Notes: generated from the sequence alone by a model not told the origin. DNA of 64,000 bases from an uncultured bacterium (GCA_913009335.1 CAJVXN010000001.1:2844-66843), one strand, 5' to 3'; counted from the stretch's first letter, positions 47,113 through 58,257 are shown. Numbers and translations are program-made.

Positions 47113-48174
47113 TTATGTTGAGCGCGATACCATATCAATAATTGCTTCAGCTATTAATTCAGGAGGCAGCACTTTATCTATATTCCCTGCCTCGATTGCT
47201 TCTTTGGGCATACCATAAATAACACAGGATTCTTCATTCTGGGCTATGGTTCTTCCGCCTAATTGTTTAATCGTTTTGATACCCGAAACTCCATCTTTAC
47301 CCATCCCGGTTAATATTACGCCTATTGTTTTACTACCATAATTCTTAGCCGCAGACTCAAATAAAACATCGGCAGAAGGTTTAAAATGTCCGCACGGAGC
47401 ATCATCGGTAAGCCCGATTATTCCTTCTCTATATATTACCATGTGGGTATCCGTAGGAGCTACATAAGCCGTACCCATTTCAAGTTTTTGGTTATCCCGG
47501 GGTATTTTTACTTCCAACGGGCAATTTTTAGATAACCACTCCACAAAACCTTCATCAAAACCCCTGGCAATATGCTGAACCACTAAAATAGCAGCAGGAA
47601 TGCTAGGAGGAATTTTCGCTAAAATTGAAGCGACTACCTGTGGGCCGCCGGTTGAGGCTGCGATTACTACAATATTGTTAAAAGTCGTACTTTCAGATAC
47701 CCCTTCTATTATTTTTTTCAGACTAGATGGTTTCGGCTTAATCTGTAATTTTGCCAGAGGATGCCTAATTACTTTTATTTTCGATAAAAGTTTTATCTTT
47801 TCGATAAGATCATCGACTCCATCATTCCCTGTAGAATCTTGCTCAAAATTTGTCTTCTCTAAAACATCCAAGGCGCCAAACGATATTGCCTGGAAAACTT
47901 TATTTTTCTTTCGCGAATGTGAAGCAGTTAAAATAAGAATGGGCGTGGGGCGATATGCCATGATTTGTTTTGTAGCCTCAACTCCATCCATATCAGGCAT
48001 CATAATATCCATGGTTATGATATCCGGCTTAAGGTCCATAGACATCTTAATACCTTCTCTACCTGTTACGGCTACACCAACTACTTTTAATTCTGGATCA
48101 GAATCAAAAATCCTGGTTAAAATTTTTGATACCAAAAGAGAATCTTCAACTATAAGAAGTTTAATCAATTTCAT
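47113..48174 (-). CDS. cheB: Chemotaxis methylesterase CheB (receiver + methylesterase)
   Basis: REC domain plus esterase with AASTGGPQ and GMGKDG motifs. 353 aa. Confidence 0.85.
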   Translation of the reverse strand: MKLIKLLIVEDSLLVSKILTRIFDSDPELKVVGVAVTGREGIKMSMDLKPDIITMDIMMPDMDGVEATKQIMAYRPTPILILTASHSRKKNKVFQAISFGALDVLEKTNFEQDSTGNDGVDDLIEKIKLLSKIKVIRHPLAKLQIKPKPSSLKKIIEGVSESTTFNNIVVIAASTGGPQVVASILAKIPPSIPAAILVVQHIARGFDEGFVEWLSKNCPLEVKIPRDNQKLEMGTAYVAPTDTHMVIYREGIIGLTDDAPCGHFKPSADVLFESAAKNYGSKTIGVILTGMGKDGVSGIKTIKQLGGRTIAQNEESCVIYGMPKEAIEAGNIDKVLPPELIAEAIIDMVSRST

Positions 48175-48219
48175 CTATCCTTCCCATTACTTAACAATAC
48201 AGAAAATAATACTTAAATA

Positions 48220-49512
48220 TCAAGTGTTACTAATTTCCTCATCGAGGTTAAATTTACTTATCGTTTCTTTAAACGTCTCTGACATTTTTTTCAATTGAAG
48301 ACAACTACCCGCTATCTGTTTAGCTGCTACAACAAACTGCTTAGTGACCGTATCCATATTTCTCATTGCCTCAGCTACCTGGCTTGAAGCGCTTTTTTGC
48401 TGCTGGGTAGCCAGAGAGATTTCTTTAGACATCTTGGCCGTATCATCTACCATGGTCAACCCCTCAGATACACCTCGCGTGGAATCTTCTATACCCATAA
48501 CAACGCTATTAGTCTCTGCTTGAATTTCACCGATTAACTGCCTTATCTCTTCAGTCGACTCAATAGAACGCTCAGCTAGTTTTCTCACCTCATTGGCAAC
48601 AACTGCAAAACCCCTACCGGCTTCGCCTGCGCGGGCAGCTTCAATAGCAGCGTTTAGAGCGAGAAGATTTGTCTGGCCCGACAAATCATCAATCATTGTT
48701 GTGATTTTTCCTATAGCGTATGATTTCTCACCTAGAGAAAGGATTTTCTTTGCCGCCTCGGAAACCTTAGTATTTGCCTCTTTCATTTCAAGAAGTGTTC
48801 TTTCCGCAGCTCGGGTTACATTATAAGCATTTTCCGCAATACTTGATGCGGTACGAGAAAGCTCTTCCATAGTACTACTGGTCTCTGTCACAGCAGACGA
48901 TTGCTCAGCTAACCCTACACTCTGCTGCTCTGTGGATGATCTAATCTGTGAAGCTTCTTTGTTTAACTCTAACCCTGCATCGCGAACCTGTTTAATTAAT
49001 TGACGTAAATTTCTAATCATTCGGTTAAAAGATTCTGCGAGAGGCTGCAAAACAGGAACAACTTGCGTATCTACCTGACGCGTTAAATCATTATTACTAG
49101 AGGCTGCTACCGCGGTCTCTATAAGTTTACTGATACCGCCTTCTAACTCTTTTTTTTCCTTAACCGCAGCGCCTTCTTCCATTCTCTTATCAATTATCAT
49201 TTCATGCATAACATTAACTGTATCATTAAAGCTAACCGCGAATTTTCCGAATTCATCATTAGTTTTAATATCTAGAACAAGATCATAATTCCCCATACTT
49301 AATCCTCGGGATGTCGTCAATATAACACTTAGCGGCAACACCACCTTTTTAATCATGCGCCAAGCTATGAAAATAAATAAACACACTATGAGTAATTGCG
49401 CGATCAGTTTTATGCTTATATGGATAGCTAAGAATCCTATACCTAAAACTCCCATAACACTCATAATAACACTACCAGCAGTTATTAGGATTAATTTATA
49501 TTTTAGCGACAT
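48220..49512 (-). CDS. Methyl-accepting chemotaxis protein with a TM hairpin and HAMP but no periplasmic sensor domain
   Basis: Two N-terminal TM helices, HAMP, MCP signalling domain ([24 protein letters not shown]). 430 aa. Confidence 0.85.
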   Translation of the reverse strand: MSLKYKLILITAGSVIMSVMGVLGIGFLAIHISIKLIAQLLIVCLFIFIAWRMIKKVVLPLSVILTTSRGLSMGNYDLVLDIKTNDEFGKFAVSFNDTVNVMHEMIIDKRMEEGAAVKEKKELEGGISKLIETAVAASSNNDLTRQVDTQVVPVLQPLAESFNRMIRNLRQLIKQVRDAGLELNKEASQIRSSTEQQSVGLAEQSSAVTETSSTMEELSRTASSIAENAYNVTRAAERTLLEMKEANTKVSEAAKKILSLGEKSYAIGKITTMIDDLSGQTNLLALNAAIEAARAGEAGRGFAVVANEVRKLAERSIESTEEIRQLIGEIQAETNSVVMGIEDSTRGVSEGLTMVDDTAKMSKEISLATQQQKSASSQVAEAMRNMDTVTKQFVVAAKQIAGSCLQLKKMSETFKETISKFNLDEEISNT

Positions 49513-49564
49513 CTTTAAACCCCCGTTTAATATAAACCTTTTTTTTATTTAAATACTATATTTT

Positions 49565-51868
49565 TTATCCTATCAACCCTTGGATGGTATCAATAAGGTT
49601 TGACTGGTCAAACGCAGTCTTAACAATATAAGCCTGAGCCCCCACCTCTATTCCGCGCCTTTTATCTTCTTCTTTTGCCAACGCGGTAACAAATATTATA
49701 GGGATTCCCTCATAGCGTTCATTTTGCTTAAATGTCTTACAAAATTCAAAACCATCCATTCGAGGCATCTGAACATCACAAACTATTAAATCGTATTTTG
49801 CCTGCGCTAATTTATCCAAACCTTCTAATCCGTCTATAGCCGTATCTACTAAATACCCCTGAACCTCCAAAATACTGCGCTCAAGCTCCCGAGTTGTTAA
49901 AGAATCCTCAACAACCAATATTCTCTTCTTGGTTTTTCCTTTTACGCTCGGTACTCTTTCCTGCGCAGGCGCGGCAGTAGATAAACGACTGGATATTATT
50001 AAATCCGCAACATCTAAAATAACCACTACCTCCCCCGTGCCCAACACTGTTGCTCCGGAAACATTTCTCACCTTCCCTAAATGAACACCTAGATTCTTGA
50101 TAAAAACTTCCTGCTCCCCTATCACACCATCTACGATAAACCCAACTCTTTTATCTAAAGATTTAACTATAATCACGGATAATGTTTTACTTTGTTTAGC
50201 GTTTTTTTCCTCAACAATAGGCGCAATTCCCAAGATATCCCCTAGACGCGATAATGAAACTGCATGATCTCTTACTTGAGTTACCAATTTATTCTCTACC
50301 GTTGAAATACTATCTGCCTTAATCTCTAGGGCCTCTTCTATTGAAAGCATAGGTACTGCGCATATTTGATTGCTCACGTTAATCAGAAGCACATCAATTA
50401 TCGCGATAGTAAGCGGAAGTTCTAAGATCATTAAAACTCCCTTGCCTTTTTCTGACTCAATATGAACCTTCCCTTTTAACTTATCTATCTGATTTTTAAC
50501 TACATCTAATCCTATGCCTCTTCCGGAAATATCCGTAATAATAGGAGAAGTAGAAAACCCGCTCTTAAAAATAAAAGCGTATATTTGCTCATCATTCATG
50601 GCGCTGAGTTCTATCTCTGAACACAAATTCTTTTTAATAATTATCTGCTTAATTTTATCCAAATCCAACCCTTTACCGTCATCGTATATACGAATAACTA
50701 CCTGCCCTCCCTCCTGCGAAGCAGAAAGTTCTATAGTTCCTTCTTCATTTTTACCAAGCTTACGCCTTGCAAGAGATGTCTCAATACCATGGTCAACACA
50801 ATTACGTAAGATATGAACAAGCGGAGATTTTATACCTTCAAGCACTTTTTTATCTAATTCAGTTTCTTCACCCTTAATCACCAAATTAACCTTTTTCGCC
50901 TGCTCATACGCGATATCACGGACTAGACGCGGGAATTCATCAAAGATACTAGAACAGGGAAGCATCCGCATTTCTTTCATCCGTTCCTGCAATTCATCAA
51001 CTACCGGATCAGTGTGTATGGCTTCATTGGAAATATTTTCAAAAATATCCAGCATTTCCTCTTTTATCTTCTCAGCATCAACGTTACACTGATGCAGCGC
51101 CTCCAAAGCATAATCAAAGCTTGCGCTTTCACAAAAATCATCGTTATTTTTAAACTCTTCGGAAAATGCAGCCAATCTTCTCTGGAAATTTTTTGTCAGC
51201 TTATTAATTTTTTTCAGGGTAATTATTTTTTGAGATGCTTTAATTTTATTTATCACCATCTCCCCTAATAAATTAAGCAACTTATTTATACGAGACAAAG
51301 GCACACGTATATATTCCTCTGAAGGAGATGTAAAAAATTCTGAATCGCTAGCTGTTATAGCAACTGCGGATTCTACCTGAGGAGGGGGGATAGATTCAGC
51401 AGGAGAAGCAGCATTCTCTTCTTTTTTCTTAGCTTTTCGGGAAGATTTTTTAGATTTTTTTTCCGGAATACTTACATCTTGCGGCAAGCACAATTCTAAA
51501 TTACTACATATAGAGGAAACGTCAATAGTTACTTTTTTATTTCCGGCAATACTACTTACAGTACTCTTTATAGAATCTAAAGCCTCAAAGATGATACTTG
51601 CTATTTTGGGAACAAATTTTAAACGCTTATCCGTTACCGCGCTAAAGATATCTTCTATGCGATGAGATATTTCCTGTATCTCAAAAAAACCCATCATTCG
51701 AGCGACACCCTTTAACGTATGGGCCGTACGGAATAAATCCTTAATCAAATCAAAATCATCAGGTTTCTTCTCCAGGCGGACTAAGCCCTTGCTTAATTTA
51801 TTCAGGTGCTCATCAACCTCTGCTTTAAATGTAGCAAAAAATTCTGAACGATTAAAATTACCGGCCAT
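49565..51868 (-). CDS. cheA: Chemotaxis histidine kinase CheA with C-terminal receiver
   Basis: Hpt (HTLKG), HATPase, CheW-like domain and C-terminal REC (ILVVEDS...DVQMPRMDG). 767 aa. Confidence 0.85.
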   Translation of the reverse strand: MAGNFNRSEFFATFKAEVDEHLNKLSKGLVRLEKKPDDFDLIKDLFRTAHTLKGVARMMGFFEIQEISHRIEDIFSAVTDKRLKFVPKIASIIFEALDSIKSTVSSIAGNKKVTIDVSSICSNLELCLPQDVSIPEKKSKKSSRKAKKKEENAASPAESIPPPQVESAVAITASDSEFFTSPSEEYIRVPLSRINKLLNLLGEMVINKIKASQKIITLKKINKLTKNFQRRLAAFSEEFKNNDDFCESASFDYALEALHQCNVDAEKIKEEMLDIFENISNEAIHTDPVVDELQERMKEMRMLPCSSIFDEFPRLVRDIAYEQAKKVNLVIKGEETELDKKVLEGIKSPLVHILRNCVDHGIETSLARRKLGKNEEGTIELSASQEGGQVVIRIYDDGKGLDLDKIKQIIIKKNLCSEIELSAMNDEQIYAFIFKSGFSTSPIITDISGRGIGLDVVKNQIDKLKGKVHIESEKGKGVLMILELPLTIAIIDVLLINVSNQICAVPMLSIEEALEIKADSISTVENKLVTQVRDHAVSLSRLGDILGIAPIVEEKNAKQSKTLSVIIVKSLDKRVGFIVDGVIGEQEVFIKNLGVHLGKVRNVSGATVLGTGEVVVILDVADLIISSRLSTAAPAQERVPSVKGKTKKRILVVEDSLTTRELERSILEVQGYLVDTAIDGLEGLDKLAQAKYDLIVCDVQMPRMDGFEFCKTFKQNERYEGIPIIFVTALAKEEDKRRGIEVGAQAYIVKTAFDQSNLIDTIQGLIG

Positions 51869-51877
51869 CTTTTTAGA

Positions 51878-53029
51878 TTACTCCCTATCGCCCATATCTT
51901 CTTTAAATTTATTTACAGATTTTTTAAGATCAACAGCTAATTCATTTAACTTTTGCGCACTGGAAACAGACTGCTTGGCTGACACAGCAAATTGCTTTGT
52001 TACTGTATCGACATTTCTCATTGCCTCCGCTACCTGACTTGAAGCGCTTTTTTGCTGCTGGGTAGCTAAGGAGATTTCTTTAGACATTTTAGCTGTATCC
52101 CCTACCATACTTAACCCCTCGGATACACCTCTGGTAGACTCCTCTATCCCCATAACAACACTATTTGTACCTGCCTGGATTTCATTGATTACCTGTCTAA
52201 TCTCCTCAGTCGATTCGACGGAACGTTCTGCCAACTTACGTATCTCACTTGCTACTACGGCAAAACCCCTGCCGGCTTCACCCGCGCGGGCAGCTTCAAT
52301 AGCAGCGTTTAAGGCAAGAAGATTTGTCTGGCTGGATAAATCATCAATCATTGCGCTAATTTTTCCTACAGTCTGCGATTTCTCCCCCAAAGCAAGAATC
52401 TTTTTAGCAGCATCAGTAACTTTATTATTTGCCTCTTTCATCTCAAGAAGTGTTCTTTCCGCGGACCTGGTTACATTATAAGCATTTTCCGCAATACTTG
52501 ATGCCGTGCGGGAAAGTTCTTCCATAGTAGTTGAGGTCTCCGTAACGGCTGAAGACTGCTCCGCAGCTCCGGAAGCCTGATCTTCTGTTGTAGCCATTAT
52601 CTGAGCAGCGCAAGAAGTAATCTCCAGGCTTGCCTGACGAATCTGATGCATTAGCTCCTTAACAATAGACATACGCTTAACTGCTGCTCCTTCTTCCATC
52701 CTCTTTTCAATAAGCATTTCATGGATAACCTCAATTGCCTGATTAAAACTTTTAGCAAATTTACCAAACTCATCATTGCCCTTTATATCCAAAACAAGAT
52801 CATAATTACCGTAACTAATACCCTTAGCCACAATTATCAAGGTATCCAAAGGAGCAAGCAATTTAGCAATAACGAATCCACTGATAATCAGCGAGACAGC
52901 CACAAATAATACCACATAAAGCAATTTTTGCAGAGGGCCCAACCCTAAAGAGCTAAGCCAGGATATGCCAAATACCAGTAAGATTACAAAAACCCCTACC
53001 AGTAAAAGCAATTTATACTTTACCTTCAT
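51878..53029 (-). CDS. Methyl-accepting chemotaxis protein, paralog of 48220-49512 (signalling domains ~88% identical)
   Basis: Same architecture. A near-identical MA domain means an ~800-bp dispersed DNA repeat. Confidence 0.85.
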   Translation of the reverse strand: MKVKYKLLLLVGVFVILLVFGISWLSSLGLGPLQKLLYVVLFVAVSLIISGFVIAKLLAPLDTLIIVAKGISYGNYDLVLDIKGNDEFGKFAKSFNQAIEVIHEMLIEKRMEEGAAVKRMSIVKELMHQIRQASLEITSCAAQIMATTEDQASGAAEQSSAVTETSTTMEELSRTASSIAENAYNVTRSAERTLLEMKEANNKVTDAAKKILALGEKSQTVGKISAMIDDLSSQTNLLALNAAIEAARAGEAGRGFAVVASEIRKLAERSVESTEEIRQVINEIQAGTNSVVMGIEESTRGVSEGLSMVGDTAKMSKEISLATQQQKSASSQVAEAMRNVDTVTKQFAVSAKQSVSSAQKLNELAVDLKKSVNKFKEDMGDRE

Positions 53030-53202
53030 TTATCCCTCCCTTTATCAGTATATAGCTTATATAAACACACACAAAATAAATAAGCAGATACGCACACTTC
53101 ACCTCTCTAAGATAAACTATTTTTTATCTACTTATTTTATTAGAGCACTTTATGATGTAATAAAATTAGGCTGTCCCGTTATTATTTTACAACAAATATA
53201 TT

Positions 53203-53463
53203 TTACTGAGTAATTTTTATATCTTCGCCCTTGCCGTGATCTTTGTAAACTTTACAAATCTTACAAACACTGACGTCTACTCCGCTTTCACCCTTACAAA
53301 TCGTACCTTTAATAACCCAGCAAGGATACTCTTGTTTTTTATACGCGGGACAACTCGGCGCACCTCCGGGTTTAACCTCACAGCCTCTTACTTCCCAACA
53401 AGCAGTTTTATCAGTCCAAAAACCCTTTCCTTTTGATAAAGCCATTTTCATTCCTCCTTTCAA
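53203..53463 (-). CDS. Small Cys-rich protein (86 aa), paralog of 42898-43086
   Basis: CWEVRGC...SCPAYK...PCW...C...C..C. It is the first gene upstream of the MCP. Confidence 0.5.
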   Translation of the reverse strand: MKGGMKMALSKGKGFWTDKTACWEVRGCEVKPGGAPSCPAYKKQEYPCWVIKGTICKGESGVDVSVCKICKVYKDHGKGEDIKITQ

Positions 53464-53522
53464 TAGTCTCCTGTATTTTAATCACACCTAAAAGATACAT
53501 ACCAGGAGAATTACACGTTTCA

Positions 53523-54107
53523 TCATTTAAACGCAAGTATTTTTTCCACATTCAGAATCGCAAAGAAAATATTTTTCAACTTACAAACCCCTACGATATA
53601 TTCCGCCCTCGAGGGATCCAAAGTCTCCAGCGGCGGGTCAATCTTACTTAGCTCAATCTCCATGGCCTTAGGAGTTCTATCTACTACAATAGTTGTTTCA
53701 AATTCTCCTGCCTGAATAACTAAAATATGGCTTTCCTTTGTCGTTGGAACGGGGCTAAGCCCAAGTAATTTTCTTAAATCTGTAACCGAAACAATATTTC
53801 CCCGTAAATTTACTATTCCGGCAATATGCAGTGGCGCGCACGGTAAATAAGTAATAGTCGAAAGTGCAGACACATCCTTTATTTTTGAAATTTCAACCCC
53901 GTACCACTCATTACCTAAAACAAAACTAATAAATTGCAGTTTGGACTTCTTAGGCTTGCCCCCTTCTTCGTAAAGATCAGGGATTAATTCTACGCCGGCC
54001 TCAAGTACCTGCTTTTTTTTTATTTGCTTCTTTGACTGTTTAGACATAATAACGTAATATAAAATTATTACTACTGTTAAAATACCACAAAAAATATATA
54101 AAGGCAA
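53523..54107 (-). CDS. CheW-like protein with an N-terminal transmembrane anchor
   Basis: N-terminal TM helix (LYIFCGILTVVIILYYVIM) followed by a CheW domain (EWYGVEISKIKDV...VNLRGNIV). Confidence 0.65.
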   Translation of the reverse strand: MPLYIFCGILTVVIILYYVIMSKQSKKQIKKKQVLEAGVELIPDLYEEGGKPKKSKLQFISFVLGNEWYGVEISKIKDVSALSTITYLPCAPLHIAGIVNLRGNIVSVTDLRKLLGLSPVPTTKESHILVIQAGEFETTIVVDRTPKAMEIELSKIDPPLETLDPSRAEYIVGVCKLKNIFFAILNVEKILAFK

Positions 54108-54112
54108 TATTT

Positions 54113-54988
54113 TTATAACCTTTCCGGCTCCATATGGATAATTACATCCGTTACACCGAAAATATTCTTTTTTATTTGTCCTTCTATTTCGTAGCTTATT
54201 TTATGAGCATATTTCATATGCATATCAGGCCTTACCTCAACATGCAGATCCACATGCACATCATCGCATCTGCCGCGTGTTCTAATTTTATGAACACTTG
54301 ATACTCCCTCAATGCCTAAAACCAATTTTTCAATCCGCTCAGCATCTACAGGAGCAGTATCACAAAGAACAGATGAGCTTTCTTTTAAGATTTCAAATCC
54401 GGTATAAATAATAAATATAGCAATAATAATAGCAGCTATTGGGTCAAGTAAAGGCCAACCGAATTTGACAGCAACCAAAGCAAAAATTACTGAAATTGAA
54501 GTAAATATATCTGCCCGCGTATGCATAGAATCCGCTATCAAAATATCACTGTTTAGCTTTTTCCCTGCGCGATATTCGTATAACATAACAGCAAGATTAA
54601 TTATCAAAGTAGACAGCATTACAACAAAACTTAAAATAGTCACATTAGGCGACGCATCCTGGCTAAAACGCATAACACTGGAATAAACTATTCGAATAGA
54701 AACAAGAAATAATAAAAACGCAATACCTAAAGAGGCAAATGTTTCATATTTTTTGCGGCCATAAGGATGAGTCTCATCCCTTGGACGGGAGGCGAGCCAT
54801 ATGCCGAACAAACCGATAATGTTTGATGCCCCGTCGGCAAATGAATGATAGCCGTCGGCAACCATAGCATTGCTCATTATGATATATCCGCAGACAAGCT
54901 TAGCAAAAGATACCAACCAGTTTAAGCCTAATATATAAACAAGTATAGCTCTTATACGCTGCGTTCTATGTTGTTCTTTTGGATCCAT
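54113..54988 (-). CDS. Cation diffusion facilitator family metal efflux transporter
   Basis: Six TM helices. HSFADGASN and HTRAD motifs. C-terminal cytoplasmic domain. 291 aa. Confidence 0.75.
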   Translation of the reverse strand: MDPKEQHRTQRIRAILVYILGLNWLVSFAKLVCGYIIMSNAMVADGYHSFADGASNIIGLFGIWLASRPRDETHPYGRKKYETFASLGIAFLLFLVSIRIVYSSVMRFSQDASPNVTILSFVVMLSTLIINLAVMLYEYRAGKKLNSDILIADSMHTRADIFTSISVIFALVAVKFGWPLLDPIAAIIIAIFIIYTGFEILKESSSVLCDTAPVDAERIEKLVLGIEGVSSVHKIRTRGRCDDVHVDLHVEVRPDMHMKYAHKISYEIEGQIKKNIFGVTDVIIHMEPERL

Positions 54989-55334
54989 ATTTACTTATTA
55001 GATTATCTATTTCCTTAAGAGGGAAAGGTTTCCTTAAAAATACATCTATGCCGGCTATCTTAGCAAAATCTTCTTTAATACCACTATAACCGGAGACCAT
55101 AATCAATACGGCCTGCGGATTTTCTTTTTTAATAATCCGAATTAAATCGACCCCGGAAAGACGCGGCATATCACAATCAAAAAAAATAATACCGTAATTA
55201 GCTTTTTCAAGATAATATTTAGCCTCCTCTCCGTCAAAAGCAACAGTTACCTGATATTTATTCTTTTTTTCTAAATACTTTTTTATATCAAGACAATACT
55301 GCCTATCATCATCAACAAATAAAATTTGCATCAT
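54966..55334 (-). CDS. Single-domain response regulator (receiver)
   Basis: MMQILFVDDD...IFFDCDMPRLSG...K. 122 aa. Confidence 0.7.
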   Translation of the reverse strand: MMQILFVDDDRQYCLDIKKYLEKKNKYQVTVAFDGEEAKYYLEKANYGIIFFDCDMPRLSGVDLIRIIKKENPQAVLIMVSGYSGIKEDFAKIAGIDVFLRKPFPLKEIDNLISKYGSKRTT

Positions 55335-55513
55335 CTTTATTAACTCCCTTGCTTAAGCATCCGCCACTGATTCAATGGCGGATAAGCTTTAGGATCCCCG
55401 AGGAAATTTTAAAATTCCCGGGACTAAGTCCTGGAAATTCAAAAGAATTTCTCAGGGAAATTCGGACAGATAAGTTATTCCTGACTATCGGTAGACATAA
55501 CTTATGTCCTCAT
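55335..55513. repeat. Intergenic structured repeat element, a copy of the 25005-25272 family in opposite orientation
   Basis: Contains ccgccactgattcaatggcgg, the reverse complement of ccgccattgaatcagtggcgg at 25020. Also cccgggactaagtcctgg-type palindromes. Confidence 0.7.
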
Positions 55514-56296
55514 TTATTTTTTTTCGCTTTTGTATAAATCAAAGGCTGCCTTTACCGAAAGCTTATTGTGAACAATTTCCCTTACTGCCTTTATCATTCC
55601 TTGCGGACAATCAGACTGAAATATATTACGGCCCATATCCACGCCTATGGCCCCTTCATTAACCGCATTATAAGCTAACTCCAACGCTTTCTTCTCTTCA
55701 ATCTTCTTACCTCCGGCAATAACAATAGGGACGGGGCAATTTTTAACTATTCTGTTGAAATTATCGCAATAATATGTCTTAACAATATGTGCCCCTAATT
55801 CTGCGGCAATACGACAACACAACCCCAGATAACGTACGTCGCGAGCCATCTCTTTTCCTACAGCCGTAACCGCTAAAACAGGAATGCCATACTTTTCTCC
55901 CGCATCGACAAGCCTGGACAGGCTTGTTAAAGTTTCTTTTTCATAATCTGAGCCTACAAATATAGAAAGTGCTACAGCTGAAACATTCAGCTTGATAGCA
56001 TCTTCCATAGAAACCGTTATATTCTCATTGGCCAGGGATTTTCCCACTATACTTGTACCTCCGGAAACGCGTAGTACAATAGGAATATCGCTCTTCGGCG
56101 CGACAGAAGTCCTTAAGACACCCCTAGTAAGCATTAATGAATCAGCGTAAGGAAGAATAGGCTCAATGGTCTTTGCCGGATCCTCCAAACCAGAAGTAGG
56201 ACCTAAAAAATAACCATGATCCACTGCCAGCATTACCGTACGATTTGTATCCGGTTTAATTATTCTACTGATTCGATTTTCCATTCCCCAATCCAT
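55514..56296 (-). CDS. DhnA/archaeal-type class I aldolase family (FBP aldolase / ADH synthase / LsrF-like)
   Basis: 260 aa. VMLAVDHGYFLGP N-terminal motif. TIM-barrel aldolase features. Confidence 0.55.
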   Translation of the reverse strand: MDWGMENRISRIIKPDTNRTVMLAVDHGYFLGPTSGLEDPAKTIEPILPYADSLMLTRGVLRTSVAPKSDIPIVLRVSGGTSIVGKSLANENITVSMEDAIKLNVSAVALSIFVGSDYEKETLTSLSRLVDAGEKYGIPVLAVTAVGKEMARDVRYLGLCCRIAAELGAHIVKTYYCDNFNRIVKNCPVPIVIAGGKKIEEKKALELAYNAVNEGAIGVDMGRNIFQSDCPQGMIKAVREIVHNKLSVKAAFDLYKSEKK

Positions 56297-56352
56297 GTCT
56301 TTCTCCCTTCGGTCGAAAAGTTTACTGTTGACTGTTTACAGTAAACTATTTT

Positions 56353-57381
56353 TTACTCTTGTGGTTTAATTATTATTTTTACTGATTCTTTCGCCTGACT
56401 CACTAATTCAAACCCCAAACCCGTATCTTTAAGAGGCAGGCGGTGTGTAATCATCTTATCCAAATTAAGCTTTCCCTGTTTTATTAAATCTAGCGCATCA
56501 ATATGATCCTGCGGGCTGCCCGCATAAGAAGATACCAGCTTTCTTTCATGCCGCCAAAAAAGCTTGTTTACAGAAAAAGGTATAATTTTATCTTTATCCG
56601 TAGGAGCAAAAAAGATAATAGTTCCTGCCCTATCTACAGAATCAAACGCCTGGCTAATCGCAGATGGATTACCAGTACATAATATCACAACATCAGCAAG
56701 CCTGCCATGATTAACCTGACATAATGCATCAGGCGCATAGTCAGAAGCATTAATTACAAAATCAGCCCCCAGCTCTTTTGCTTTCGCAAGACGCCAATTC
56801 GATAAATCCGTGGCAAAAACGCAACCTGCGCTGTTTATTTTTGCCAAATGAATATGCAGCAGTCCCGCAATACCACTACCGATGACTAAAATGGTTTGCC
56901 TAGATTTTATACCGGCTACTTTATGCGCCCGTAATACACAAGCAAGCGGCTCAACAAAAGTCGCATCATCAAAAGAAACCTCATCCGGCAAAATAAAAGT
57001 GCCGTTTCTTACATTTACCCCTGGCAGCCTTACGTACTCAGAAAATCCTCCGGGATCAAAATTAGTCTTACGCAATGTATCGCATACCGTATGATATCCA
57101 TTCTTACAATAATAACAGTTATTACACGGTACGTGATGCGCGGCAACCACCCTATCCCCGAGACTAAACCCTCTAACTTCACTCCCCTTCTCAACAACGC
57201 TAGCAGAAATTTCATGCCCCAGGACTAAAGGAACACGATTTAATCTATACCACTGCATTACATCACTACCGCATATACCGGATGACTCAACACGCAAAAG
57301 AAGCTCATCCTTGCCTATTTTAGGCAAAGGCTGCTCTTTGAGACGTAAATCAGAATTACTATAATACATTATAATACGCAT
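56353..57381 (-). CDS. Zinc-dependent medium-chain alcohol/polyol dehydrogenase
   Basis: GICGSDV catalytic-Zn motif. Structural-Zn Cys cluster (CNNCYYCKNGYHTVC). Rossmann GSGIAG. 342 aa. Confidence 0.75.
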   Translation of the reverse strand: MRIIMYYSNSDLRLKEQPLPKIGKDELLLRVESSGICGSDVMQWYRLNRVPLVLGHEISASVVEKGSEVRGFSLGDRVVAAHHVPCNNCYYCKNGYHTVCDTLRKTNFDPGGFSEYVRLPGVNVRNGTFILPDEVSFDDATFVEPLACVLRAHKVAGIKSRQTILVIGSGIAGLLHIHLAKINSAGCVFATDLSNWRLAKAKELGADFVINASDYAPDALCQVNHGRLADVVILCTGNPSAISQAFDSVDRAGTIIFFAPTDKDKIIPFSVNKLFWRHERKLVSSYAGSPQDHIDALDLIKQGKLNLDKMITHRLPLKDTGLGFELVSQAKESVKIIIKPQE

Positions 57382-57396
57382 AACTAACTTTAAATT

Positions 57397-57954
57397 TTAA
57401 TAATTTTTTGAAGAAAGCTTATTATTTAAAACCTTGATTAACAAATCTCTTTCTTCCCTATCCAGCTTGACGGTTGCCTGATTAAAATGGTCAACGCGCT
57501 CCTTCTGTTCAAGGAAAAATATTATATCGGGAATCAATCTAAGGCCATCCTGAAGAATCGCCCGTAACTTCGAACAAGTCGGCAAATCCGGCTGGGGATC
57601 ATTAATTCTAATAATTTCATTCCTCAACCGCTCCAATTCCTTAACCCAATCTCCAAAATTATTCTCTAACTTTGTATAATAATCGGCATCACCGACTACC
57701 CACAGTTTAATATATTCAACATCTTCACTGCTCATAGGATCATCTGTTCTGAGCTTATTTATAATCTCACTAATTCTATCTTCTGTAGTTTCTTGAATAT
57801 GCTCCCGCAAAGTCCTTTCAAACTCATCAAATACTCCGGCAATTCTTTCATAAGAACCTATATCGGGCCTCTCCTCTAATTTGCCAAAACCCTGATCAAG
57901 TTTCAGATATAAATCTTTAATCTCACTCATGAGACCTCCTGGTATAATCCTCAC
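57397..57954 (-). CDS. Hypothetical acidic protein
   Basis: 185 aa ORF with coding-like composition. No recognisable motifs. Confidence 0.35.
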   Translation of the reverse strand: MRIIPGGLMSEIKDLYLKLDQGFGKLEERPDIGSYERIAGVFDEFERTLREHIQETTEDRISEIINKLRTDDPMSSEDVEYIKLWVVGDADYYTKLENNFGDWVKELERLRNEIIRINDPQPDLPTCSKLRAILQDGLRLIPDIIFFLEQKERVDHFNQATVKLDREERDLLIKVLNNKLSSKNY

Positions 57955-58257
57955 ACTATACTTTAGTATGAGTTCTTTGTTAATAATGTTAAAATAAAAG
58001 GGTAATCCTTTTTCAGTTGGGAGACAGCTTGCATTCCTCCTTAAGACTTCTTTTTAGAAGATCTTTGAATAAAGAGTGCTGCTTCCCGCGGTTGTGCCTG
58101 CGAATATTTATTTAGGATCCTAAGGGGCTCTGTTGATACAAAGCTACCTTTTATATCCCAGGCTATATTTAGGCAAAGCCTGCCGGAAAACACTCCCATA
58201 ATCTGAAAAAGAACTACTCTTAACAACTTTTTATTTATCAAAAGGAGGGCTGATCTT

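Noticed and set aside
58041-58241. 66-aa minus-strand ORF just upstream of the IS110 transposase
   Set aside because: No motifs, and it overlaps the probable transposase promoter or element end. It may be a fragment of an interrupted gene or noise, and is not callable.
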